The notes under the pieces are model-generated. The model saw only the letters and a program-made list of their open reading frames with translations, was not told the origin of the DNA and searched no databases. A stretch of 63,416 nt of DNA, filler included, from Reticulomyxa filosa (lineage: Eukaryota; Protista; Foraminifera), in the NCBI GenBank assembly GCA_000512085.1. It is 24 parts of 24 records of this genome, joined end to end, with 100 filler letters (N's around TTAATTAATTAA, not from the genome) between each part and the next. Parts side by side here need not be neighbours in the genome. Positions count along the whole stretch, not along the records: positions 1 to 5,527 come from ASPP01034919.1; positions 5,628 to 7,551 come from ASPP01010088.1; positions 7,652 to 10,363 come from ASPP01026454.1; positions 10,464 to 11,557 come from ASPP01008824.1; positions 11,658 to 15,778 come from ASPP01022407.1; 19 more parts are not named here. One strand, given 5' to 3'. Below, in pieces: positions 1-11,744 of this stretch. How positions within the stretch are numbered: the first letter of the stretch is position 1; the number at the start of each line of letters is the position of its first letter. Position numbers and translations under genes: made by a program.

Positions 1-346
1 TATTACAGTTAGTGCACCAATACTATCAGCAGGCGTCCCACAAATACAATTTCAGATACAGGAAATTGTTATTTTGGTTTAAATGTATTTGATTTAAAAA
101 GATTTATTAATGTTCAAGATATTGCTTTGTAAATATGTACCAACAAAATAATGTATTCAGTTCTCACGTTTTTAATTTTATCTTTCGTGCATCTACTGAA
201 ATAATGATATTCAATTTGCTTCATGTAGATCAGAAATATGCTAATTTTGGTGTAGCTGTGATTATCCTTAAATTTTTTCAATTTGCAAGTAGAAAATCAA
301 ACATTGAAATCAGAAATAGACTTAAACGTTGACAAATTGAATAATA

Positions 347-1340
347 CAGTAGATTGCAAAAGAAACTGCCATACCTAAATGGTATTATATGAAGATAGTA
401 GATTTTCTCCATAAAAATGAAGATTTAAATAATTTTTTTTAAAAATATATATACTAATCTTGTAGTAATAAGTTTTTCCTATGTTGATCAAAAATATGAT
501 TTTTTGAAATGATTTTTAAAAATTTCGAATGAGTTCATATAAATTGAAACTGTATCGCAAATAATAAATTTTTTAATCTTTTTGTTTTCATTTTAGTAAT
601 CTTCAGGTCAAGTATATATATTTTTTAAAAAAAATTAGCCTTCTATCTTTCGTAATTTTTAACAAAATTTTGAAATTTTTTTAAAAAAATATTTTTTTGA
701 TAAAAATTTTTTTTAATGTTTTTAGTATTTTGCTGATTTTCCTTGTGCATTGATTACAGCTTCAATTCTCATTGGTATTTGCTCAACTAGAGCTTAACAT
801 AGTTTAGTGTAAGTTTTTTCAAATATTTTTTCAAATTTTTTACAAAGTTATTGTTTATTGTTAATTTTTTCGCCTTTATATAATTTTACCTTAATTATCC
901 ATTAAATGCTCTAAATTGGATTTAGGCCTGTTGAATTAAGAGGAAAATTTATCAGATCTTCATTTTCTTTAAACTAATCTATAATTTCTTTAGCTTTGTG
1001 ACATGATGAATCATCTAAACTGACAGATCCAGCTTTTCTTTTTAAGGTTCCATTACACTTATATGACGACAGCCAAATCGAAGCTATACTTATATTAAAT
1101 TTCTTTGCTACAGATCGAATGCTAGCTCCATCAACCAGCATAAAATAACAACTACTTTCTTAAAAGCACTTAAATGTTTGGTCATTTTAAATATCAAAAT
1201 TTTGAAATGTCAATTAAAAATATCAACAATAAAGAAAATTAGCAAAAAAAAATTAGGTTTAAATCTTTATTTTTATGGAGAAAATCGATTCTCTTCATAT
1301 AATGCCATTTAGGTATGACAGTTTCTTTTGCAATCTACTG
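347..1340 (-). mobile_element. Non-autonomous, internally deleted Tc1/mariner-family DNA transposon
   Basis: Imperfect TIRs of about 80 bp (CAGTAGATTGCAAAAGAAACTG... at 347; ...CAGTTTCTTTTGCAATCTACTG ending 1340) with TA on both flanks (345-346, 1341-1342). Minus-strand transposase relics at 722-1185: HTH-like GASIRSVAKKFNIS..LKRKAGS, DDSSCHKAKE, LNPI and the Tc1-type C-terminus LVEQIPMRIEAVINAQGKSAKY*. Confidence 0.9.
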
Positions 1341-2498
1341 TAGACCATAAACAGTTTTTGAATGTGTTATTTACTATCTTAATGTATTAATTTTCACTTT
1401 AACTAGATATAACAAAACATAAACATTTAAATAGTTTTGTGAGTGCATTCAAAAGATTTAACTCGTTTTGATTGCTTTTTTTGATATTCCAACAAAGAAA
1501 AATACTGAATGATAAAAATATCAAACAATTTGAATATACAATATCTATTCATTACTTATACGATCAAAACCAAACACAATCTATGTAAAATTTATTTTTA
1601 AAAAGCGTTTTGGTACATCTTTTGAATAGTAATATCAATTGACATACACATATTCGACATAAGAAATAGTTAATTGACTGTCAATTAACCACTGTAATGT
1701 CCAGTTACAACATCTCCGTCTAACTTTATGCGAGTTCTCTCAAGTGATAAATTATTCTACTCTTACAAAAACTTGAATATATTTTCTCTGTATCTGCTAG
1801 TAAGGCTCAAAAAAAAATCAGAATTTTATGAGTTTTTTGAAAAAATTCAGAGTAGACAAATTTTAAAGAAACTCAAAAAGTAAGTAGGAAATGCCGAGTA
1901 GTTATGGACACTAAGTGAATGTCCAAAAAAGAATAAAATACCAATATACACTTCTGAAGTTTGAGATACAATAAAGCAGTTGTGTTGGCCCTGTGAAATG
2001 TGGATAGTACAGGAAAAAGTGCGACAGTTCCAATTGAACAGCGTCTTGTGGAATACCAAATGAAGAGAATTTATACATTTAAATGATATCTTCCTTCTGT
2101 TGTCAGTAACAATTGCTACTGCTGTTCTGTAGAGTTCAAATTTTTTCGTAAAAAAGGTTTTCGCGTTCCGCTCTTCTTTTCTTACTCAATCTATATCTCG
2201 AATTATTCTTTTAGCTATCAATTTGTTTCCAAAAATCCAAAATTGATTAAACTGTCCATTTACTTTTATTTATCAGCCACCAATAAGTTGGGACAATATC
2301 TTGTCTTTTTATGTGGCCCTTTTTCTGTTAATAACGCTGTCATGTTTTTCAAAGTGAAGAATTTGAATGGATTATAATTCAAAAAAAAGAAAAAATAATG
2401 ATTCTCACAAACAAATGATTTAAGCAAAATAAAATTCAATTTTTTCTGGTTTTTTTTTTACTTCAAAAATTTCCCCGACACATTAGTCAAAAGCCATA

Positions 2499-5426
2499 AT
2501 GGGCATATATGTTGATCGGGGCTATGAGAGAACAAGCGATGAAGGAGATTTAGAAGCAATAGCCCTAAAAGATAGAGAATATGATTGTGTGTTAGTGTTC
2601 GATTGTGGGAAAGAGGAAGAATGGTATCCTCCAAAAGATCCGAAGCGATTGGATTATGATTATTTGGAGCTATTGGACCAAACGGACAGAGATAAAAGAA
2701 AAGCGCGATTCCCTGCCCATGGAGCAGACATGGTATCTAAAAAAGCGTTAGTGAAAGACTTTTACACCAATGAAAGAATATTGATATTGAAAGTATTGGG
2801 AAAATTGGAACTCTTACATAAGCAAATTGACTCAATGAGACCTGAAGACTATGACAACAAAGCGTTTTATTACATTGGAATCTTAGAAAGTCATTTTTTT
2901 TTATTTAAAAAACCACACAAAAAACTACGTATACGGTGTTGCTAACTAAAAAAGCGCACGTATTGAGGGATGCACAAAAACAAAAGTAATGAACACAATC
3001 CCTCTTTTTTTTTTTTTTTGGTGTTGAATCGATGGAACAAAAAGTCTTAGAAGAAAAAAAAAAAAAAATAGGCACAGCTCGAAAATTGGCAGAAAGCCAG
3101 AAATGCGAGTTATCAATAGACACCGATTACTGCATAACATACTTACATTTGATGGATGAAGATTTAGCAAAGGCTACAATGGGTGGCGAAGCGGAACATA
3201 TTACCGAAGAGATATGGAAAAATGTGTATGTAAAATATGTCAACAATGTTCCCCCCTACGTGTACAAGCAACACCCAGTGCTAAATCCAAGAGACAGAGC
3301 GTCTTTTGCTGACTCGTGTTTCCGAACCCGTGATCGATTGGCAATTATTCATACAGCCGTTACTAGTGATATTCAAGAACACGGAGCAGGAATTCGTTTG
3401 GTGGTGTTTTTTTTTTTGTTTAAAAAAAAATAAAACAAAAAGGATTCATCCCTCTGAATTTTTTTTTTTGATAATGTATGAAAATGACTGATGATAATAA
3501 CAACATTTATTACTAAGACTTGGAAAAACTGAAACACAACAAATATGAAAAGATGTGGCGACGTATCAAGCAATGGGCGATCATTGTGTGGTGGACTTCT
3601 TCCCGTTACACGCAAAAGAGCAGTCGGACGTGATAGTGAAGCGACTGTTTAGTTGGGATCCACGAACGTATTTGGACTTGCCCTTGGACGAAATCCGAGA
3701 CTATTTTGGCGAATATATTGCACTATACTTTGCATTTTTGGAGTATTTTACGAAATGCCTGGTGCCATTAGTGGTAGTGGGGCTGATATATTTCGTGGTG
3801 CAGATGGCGGCAGGTCGCGTGTTGGTGGGGGGGATCGAGATGTTCGCGCTGGTGGTGATCTTGTGGGGCTTGAGTTTCCCAATCTTCTGGCAAAGACAAG
3901 AGTACACATGGGCAATGCGTTGGGGGCAGTTGCGTTTCGACCTGGAAGAGCGGACGAGGGCAGAATTTGAGGGACGATACCAGCGAAGTGCGGTCGATGG
4001 GTCGTTGGTGGAATACTACCCGGAATGGCTGCGCAACCGCAAACGCGCATTATCGTGCACGATCGTGACATGCTTCCTGGTGGCGTTGGTGGTGAGCACG
4101 GTCGGCGTGGTGGCATTGCGCGTGTGGGCGGCGCGAGCAAAGACGTGACGACGGACTACGTGGTGAGTGTGGTGAACGCGTTGGTGATCATGTTCTTCAA
4201 CAACATCTACGGCGTGGTTGCGGAGAAGATGAACGCGTGGGAAAACTACGAGACCGAAACGCAGTACGAAAACAACCTCATCCTCAAAGTCTTTGTGTTC
4301 CGCTTCGTCAACTCGTACGCGTCGCTCTATTATCTCGCCTTCTTCCGCCGATTCGAGCATTTTGACAGCAGACTGCACTGCGACCCGGAGCAGTGCAGCA
4401 AGCAGCTGGCCTCGCAACTGGCCGTCATCTTCTTGACCCAGCTCTTTGTGTCCAACGCCTTTGAGTTGGGCACATTATGGTTCGCACGAGCGTACAAACG
4501 ACGACGACAAAGGACTGCGGTTGGAAGCTTATTACAAACATATCAAAATGATTACGATAATGATGATAATGATGATAACGATGATGATGATAATGATTAT
4601 GCTGCTAATAACCATGTTTGGAATGAATATCAATCTGAACGCTATGATCGTACCTTTGACGATTACAACGAACTTCTCGTGTCTTACGGCTATTGCACGC
4701 TGTTTGTCATTGCCTTTCCCTTGGCGCCGCTGTTTGGGTTCCTCAGCAATATCGTCGAGTCGCGCATCGACGGCTACAAGCTCTGTCGTCTGCAACGTCG
4801 TCCCTTCCCCAGGAGAGCCGACGACATTGGCGCATGGCAGATTGCGCTCGAAGTCATGGCCTGGGCCATCCTCGCCACCAACTTGGGCCTCGTGTGTTTC
4901 GCCAGCAGAAAGTTGCGCATCCTCTTTGGCATTCACAACCACGACTTTGCGCAGGTGATTACGGTGCTGTGCGTGTTTGTGTTGCTCGTCGGTTTGTGGC
5001 AGCTGTTGGCGTGGTGTTTCAAAGACCCGCCGGCGTTTATGGTAGAACACATCCATCGAACAGACCACATCGAGCACCAGCTGCAGGGCCTGTCGCGCGA
5101 AGTGGAGCAGTTCTTTGATGAGCTGAAAGAAGACGAGGTATCATCGTGGGAACAATGGACCGTGCATTACGTGCTGGCCTTTCTGAAAAAGGTACTCGTC
5201 AAAAATCCTTTCGAATTCGAGCCCATCAAAGCCATCTTTTTGCGTCATAACATTAACGGCAAAGCCTTTGCCAAGCTCAAGTCCGACCAATTGCTCAAAT
5301 TCGGAGTCAAAGACTATCTCATCGCCGAACTCATCCTACACGCTCGCGCTTTGCTCGTGCGTCACGCGTCCAATGTCAAGGCACAAGCAATCATGTTTGA
5401 TGAATTGGAAAATCAAGCCGCCACTG
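2499..5426 (+). CDS. Anoctamin/TMEM16 (Ca2+-activated Cl- channel/scramblase) with putative C-terminal SAM domain; spliced, 3'-incomplete, one apparent frameshift near 4130
   Basis: Motifs DFFPLH, PLDEIRDYFGEYIALYFAFL, WENYETETQYENNLILKVFVFRFVNSY, FDDYNELLVSYGY..LF..AFPLAP, ESRIDGYKL, DIGAWQ. GT-AG introns at about 2891-3071 and about 3396-3552. Confidence 0.93.
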
Positions 5427-5527
5427 TTAATCAACATATACATACACATAATACGTATTGCATGTACATATATGTATATGCGTGCATGTACTTGTATGCA
5501 CATGCATACGTATACGTACATAATGTG

Positions 5528-5627
5528 NNNNNNNNNNNNNNNNNNNNNNNNNNNNNNNNNNNNNNNNNNNNTTAATTAATTAANNNNNNNNNNNNNNNNN
5601 NNNNNNNNNNNNNNNNNNNNNNNNNNN
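5528..5627. other. Artificial contig linker (N44-TTAATTAATTAA-N44), first of 23. The others start at 7552, 10364, 11558, 15779, 24161, 25648, 30040, 31314, 32712, 36782, 39547, 40945, 43845, 45046, 49603, 52543, 53842, 55050, 56238, 57453, 59572 and 62258
   Basis: Identical 100-bp block with a six-frame stop 12-mer separates unrelated sequences. Confidence 0.99.
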
Positions 5628-7330
5628 TTTTTTTTTTTTTTTTTTGGAGTCTAAAATTTTAATGACAAAAACTGATATGGACGTCGGTTTGAGACTGTTG
5701 AGTTCATGGATACTTTCCATTTCTATTTTAACACTCTTGCTCTTTTCGACTGCATTTATGTCGAGATTCTTAATTTGTGAGTCGGGTGCACTGTGTCGAG
5801 GGACGTTGGAAAGGAAAGAAGCTTTGTAGTGTGCACTGCCTTGTTCATGGCAATTCCGAAGTGCAGAAACGTCCACGTTTTTAGCTGAGTTGTTAAAGGC
5901 AATAGTATTACTTGTTGCCATTGTGCCAGTCTCTTTGGCATAATGGCCAATATGTCCGGATGACCCCAAAGAATCATAAAATAATGTATCATTGAAATGA
6001 CTGTCGCGATACTGATCAAAATTCATGCAACAACAATACAACAACAACAACAACAACTTGTCCTCCAATACTCAAAAGCAATTCTTTCTCAAATACATAC
6101 AAAACTCTGAAGGTTATATTATTATCTTTGCTGAGGATTGGTAATGTATTATCTTTAAAACGCTCTCGCAAACGATTCAAGTCATTGGCATTGATAGTCG
6201 AGTTTTGAATCAAATTGGACAGGGTAATACCCAACAAAGAATGAAGCACTGCAAAGCACTCTATAATTAAGTAAGACAGCTGCACATGCACACACATCAC
6301 AGTTGCATGCTCAAAAAAAGTGTATACGTATATGTATACATGCTTTGTATACATTAAAAAAAAAAAAAAAGAAAAAACTTTTGATTTGGCTTGATTTAGA
6401 GTTTTGGACAAATTGTTAACGACAATTTGGAAATTGACTGTTGGTTTGGAGTGTTGAAGCAAAACGGTAGTGATACATATGACAATCTGTTCACGAACGG
6501 TGTCGCTTTCATATGGAAGCAAATAAACAAGGGAAAGCATCACATTTGTATTTTCCTTGCTGCACAGCTTCTTTAATAACTGCAAACTTTCATTTCTTAC
6601 GTTATTCTTTATTATTTTTTAATATTGTTTTGTTCAATTGTTCCTTGCATTTCCTTTTTTTTTTAAAAAAAAAAAGAAAAAGGGAATGCAAACTGAGGTC
6701 TGGGATAACAATTGAACGAGTCTTGGGACGACATGTACAGTCCAATCTCGACGATATTCATCAGAATTGCCATTTGTTTGTGAGGCATTATTATCAATCG
6801 CATTATCTTTAGGTTTGTTCGTTGAAGGGACACTCGGTTTGAACCGTTGGTGGTCTCCCACGCATTCGAGCAATTGAACAAAAAGCTGCAGTAATTTCAT
6901 ATAGGTAATTACTTCTGGTGAATTCTCTTGAGTCAACATCAAGTGATCGCTGTTGTCATTCACCTCCAATCCATCGCCCTTTGATTGTTCAATGGGCTGA
7001 TTTTTTTTGGTTTTGGAGGACATATGATTGACATCACGAGTGTTGTAGCTATATTGCGCACTGTCCATGAACCAGCACACGCAAAACAGTACGTCTTGCA
7101 ATTGTTCAAAGGTTGGTTGGTTTCCAGACGTAAAGTGTTGGTTGATGAGAGGTTGCAGTTGCTGTGCTGTCCCCACTGCACTTTTCCAATCTTTATTTTG
7201 GATACTGTGTCTCAGCTTTTGTAGTATTCCACCTGGGATGCAGCCGAATTTTACGATGTTGCAACCATGAACGTTTGTATACGTGGACCCGCTTCCATCA
7301 ATGAAAGATAGACTTATATTATAAAAGTGC
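5628..7330 (-). CDS. TOG/HEAT-domain protein, TOGARAM1 (FAM179B/Crescerin/CHE-12)-like; internal fragment, spliced
   Basis: VKFGCIP..LQKL..KDWK, VREQIVICI, ECFAVL..LG and RFKDNTLPILS align by eye with TOGARAM1 motifs (LKFGIIP, VREEVVNICI, EAFAVLASSMG, RLARKTLPRLT). Confidence 0.7.
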
Positions 7331-8964
7331 TAATTTTTTTTTATTTTTTTTTTTTTTATTTTATTTTATTCCGACAACATTTATTGCACAATTGTAAAAA
7401 GCACACGGAGGGAGAAAAATAATTTGGAAAATTCATTATATATTATATATATATACATATATATATGTGTATACATTATACACATACATAAAGCATTTTG
7501 CTGGATTGACCTTACATATATGGACAAAAAAAAAAACAAACATAAAACAACNNNNNNNNNNNNNNNNNNNNNNNNNNNNNNNNNNNNNNNNNNNNTTAAT
7601 TAATTAANNNNNNNNNNNNNNNNNNNNNNNNNNNNNNNNNNNNNNNNNNNNCCGCAAATTAAGTCTATATACTTTCGCCCCTATATCTTCTTTTTTTTTT
7701 TCCATATGCTTTGCTTTGCTTTGCGCTGTTTGTTGTATGTGACTGACTACAAAAGAAAAGTTTGTAAAAAAAAAAAGGGGGAAAACGCAATTAAGCGTTT
7801 ATATCATTCTTGAAATTAATTTTCATATTGCTTTTGTTTAAAATATGCAAATCTACTAGCAATTAAATGTTACACATTTCTAGGTCGTGCGGAAGAAGCC
7901 AAACAAGCTGCTGACAGTTTGTAAGAGAAAAATTATATTTAGTTGCACTTTTATGAAATTTAACATATTTACGTTTATTCATAAAATTTGACGCTGTCTT
8001 GTTTGTATTAGCGTCATTTACATTTTTTATCGAACAAATAAGTTCAAAAAAGAATAATATTGTGTAATGATTCTAGCACAAAAATAATATTATTGCAAAC
8101 AATATTTTTTTAATAACTAACTTGTAATTAGTAAGTATATATATAAATCCAAAAAAAGTATTGTTATTAATTTACTATAATATTGATAATTATATTTTAT
8201 CTGATTATGTGTGTATTCATTGAAGTAAATAAAATATATATTAACGAGATCCACTTGACAGCTAATTTGATGATGACATTGATAAATTGCATTATATCTA
8301 AGATATGCGTGAAAATTAAATAATAATACAATTCCTTCTGTTCTTTTAGTTATATTGTAAAAATTCATTTAAAAAAACAACGATCATCGGAAACAGCAAA
8401 TAAAAAGATGGATTTTTTTATTTTCGTTCAATTGATAGTACACAAACGGAAAGTAATGATTATTAATATGGAAAGTCCTCCAAGCACAACAGTTATGTGA
8501 AAATTTCTGCATCAATTAATCCTTTGCCACTAACAAATAGAGGGTACAACTTTCAATTGAGGCTTTGGATGGCTGGGTTGCTTCTTTTTGAAGCTGCAAA
8601 TTTTTCAAAAGCTCGATTACAAGAACATTTTCGTTTCAATGTCCTTTCATAAAAGCCTGGAAAACTTTTGACACTGTTGAAAAATGAATGACCTGGTCGC
8701 ATATAACGAATATCCAAATTCAGATTATTTGTGTTTTCAAATTTCAGAAATAGTCAAAATTTTTAAAAATTTGAGTCAAGTTATATCTCTATTTGTCAAA
8801 GCCGTTTGACAAAGGAAAGAAAACCACAAAAAAAAAGAAGGTTATTAGAAAACACAATAACAACAATAAGAATAGCGACAACAACAACGACAAAACATGG
8901 GAAGCACACACACGCACAGGATGATACTACATGAAAACAATCACATAGTGCAATAGAGATGAAA

Positions 8965-10067
8965 CTAATCTACACAATGACAAGAATCCAAATGCTCACA
9001 TCGTCTGGCACATCGAAAGCAAAACAAAAACCACAAGACAATGACCCACAAAATTCCTGCGACAATGGCCAGTGGCAGAACGACCGCTAAAATACAAACC
9101 ATAATCAATACTCGATTTAACCATCGCGGAAAGCATGCCGGACAACGACAAAACTGTGGGGTATACTGAGCTCCAGGACAGCCAAATATATTCCTGTATC
9201 AACAAAAAAAAAAAAAATGTACAAATATATACATTTATACATATATGTATTGTATATGTATATATAAAACAAAACAATAAGTACATACCACCACTCAAAG
9301 TGCGATCCATTGTATGAACCTCGACAAATCCAACAAAATTCAAACTTGCACGAGCCGCACGTCATGTGATTGCAGCCATCGCTTTTTTCAATGCGGGCAC
9401 GACACTTGGGACATTGCTGAACATTTTTGTTAATCGCCCACGCATGATAACTCAAGTCTCTTATCCCATTGCTGTTGCATCCTGTCCAATATCCATGCCA
9501 TCCTTGATTGCAGTTGAAGCATTGGCTGGAGTTGCATTCTATTGTCCAAGAAGACCACACTTTTGTCATGAAATTCCAACAACAACAACAAATATTATTG
9601 TATTAATTTTGTAAAGAGTATGACCTGGACAAACCAGTTTGGGCTTCCAACGCGAACCAATCATGTATCCCTCACAATCGGGCCGTAGACAAAATCTTGC
9701 ATTGGGATTCAGCATCAGTAGTTTATTCCTTCTGAACGTCCGAAATTTTTTCAGCAGCTCTGGATCTTTCAAGAATTTCACAAACTCGCCTTCTCTAATA
9801 CATTGTTTCACACACACACACATTTACTTGCTTGTCAATGTTTTATTGTTAGCGTCTATTTTGTTTGAAATAGAAATAACACATACGGAATTTCACGATC
9901 ACATTTGGGATCAATACAACCAACTTTTAACACATCTGCGTTTTGTGTTTTAATTCTGTTTGGCAGTTTAAATCATCACACCACATGCAACTGTACAGGC
10001 ATTGACTCAATCATTTGTTTTACATAAATAAACAAATAAACAAATAAACAAACAAACAAACAAATAA

Positions 10068-10100
<33 letters not shown>

Positions 10101-10285
10101 TGTATATGTATTTATTTGTTTGTTTATTTGTTAGTATGTTGATAAATTGTTTACCTGTAATGTGTTTGGAGACACTCGAAACAGTAGTTGTGTCCACAAG
10201 GGGCTTCATAAAATTGTGTTTGTGGTTTTTCATCGAAACATATTCCGCAAAGTTGCGTAGGTCCGACAGGAAGTGAAGTAGTCTC

Positions 10286-10358
<73 letters not shown>

Positions 10359-10363
10359 GGAGA
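8965..10363 (-). CDS. RBR (RING-IBR-RING) E3 ubiquitin ligase with C-terminal transmembrane helix (RNF19/RNF144-like); 5'-incomplete, spliced
   Basis: IBR FCLRPDCEGY..C..FCHKC; RING2 QCPKCRARIEKSDGCNHMTCGSCKFEFCWIC; last exon WNIFGCPGAQY..VLIMVCILAVVLPLAIVAGILWVIVLWFLFC, TAG at 8965-8967. Confidence 0.9.
10286..10358. repeat. (TTG/CAA)n microsatellite near contig end
   Basis: Perfect trinucleotide run. Confidence 0.95.
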
Positions 10364-10463
10364 NNNNNNNNNNNNNNNNNNNNNNNNNNNNNNNNNNNNN
10401 NNNNNNNTTAATTAATTAANNNNNNNNNNNNNNNNNNNNNNNNNNNNNNNNNNNNNNNNNNNN

Positions 10464-11246
10464 AAGAGCAAGACCTCATCAGTTAGCCGCATTGGTGGCA
10501 CAACATCAACCAGATTTTATCGGTCTGCAGGAATTAAAGTACACGACGAGGAGTTTCCGCTGGCCGATGTGCAAGCTCTAGGCTATCAGGTGTATTATTT
10601 TGGCCAGAAAGGTCACTACGGCGTAGCCATTCTCAGTAAAACACCGGCCGAGCAGATGCTTTATGGTTTTCCGACCGACGCACCTGATGCACAACGCCGG
10701 ATGCTGATTGGTCGCTGGACACTGGCCAATGGCAAAACATTCACTTTATTAAATGGCTATTTCCCGCAAGGCGAAAGCCGTGACCATCCAACAAAATTCC
10801 CGGCAAAACAACAGTTTTATGCAGATTTGCAGCAGTATCTGACGACTCATCATCAACCGGACGACTGGCTGGCTGTGATTGGCGATATAAATATTTCGCC
10901 GCTTGATCTGGATATCGGCATCGGTGAGGCTAATCGCAAACGTTGGTTAAAAAGACGGCAAGTGCTCATTCCTGCCGGAAGAGCGCGACATGTTTACAAC
11001 GCTTAAAAGATTGGGGCCTCACCGATACGTTCCGCGCCTTACACCCCGACGTCAACGATCAGTTCAGCTGGTTTGATTACCGCTCAAAAAGGTTTCGACG
11101 ACAACCGCGGCCTGCGCATTGATGTAGTCATGGCCACCGCACCATTAGCCGCCCGTTGTATTGAATCGGCGATTGACTATCAACTGCGCGGTATGGAACG
11201 GCCATCCGACCATGCACCGGTGTGGTCAACCTTTCAGTTGGATTAA
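10464..11246 (+). CDS. xthA: Exodeoxyribonuclease III, bacterial, 5'-truncated, with three homopolymer frameshifts
   Basis: [75 protein letters not shown]; no introns, roughly balanced GC. Confidence 0.95.
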
Positions 11247-11263
11247 CTAGGCGGTTTGGCAGC

Positions 11264-11557
11264 ATGCTTTTGATATTTATCGGGTTTATTTATTATCTGA
11301 TCCTGAATAAAGGCATGTTGCCGTTATTGCGCCAGCCGTTGGTGCAATCATTGTTTGTCGGTGCCACTTTAGTGGTGACTATTCTCTGGTCTATCCAGGC
11401 CAAACTCAATGAAATGCCGCCATTACATTTTTTAGGTGTCACCACAGTGATATTGATGCTGGGGCTACGCCTGAGCCTGCTGGTGCTTCCGATTGCAATT
11501 TACCTGCCCATCGCAGCAGCTTATTGGTTGGTGCCGATGGATTGGCCATCGCATGAC
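11264..11557 (+). CDS. Bacterial membrane protein, probable energy-coupling-factor (CbiM-like) permease; 3'-truncated
   Basis: Hydrophobic ORF starting 17 bp after the xthA stop, with LHFLGVTT.ILMLG motif. Confidence 0.6.
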
Positions 11558-11744
11558 NNNNNNNNNNNNNNNNNNNNNNNNNNNNNNNNNNNNNNNNNNN
11601 NTTAATTAATTAANNNNNNNNNNNNNNNNNNNNNNNNNNNNNNNNNNNNNNNNNNNNGCACAAATACTCAGTCTCTGCGTTCAAAATTAGCACTGTTTCC
11701 ACAGCGATCGATTGTTTCTTGTTTGTCGGCGCCAGTTCGACGCA

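Noticed and set aside
3653-5118. Many overlapping and antisense ORFs over the anoctamin
   Set aside because: Shadow ORFs of GC-rich coding sequence with no recognisable motifs
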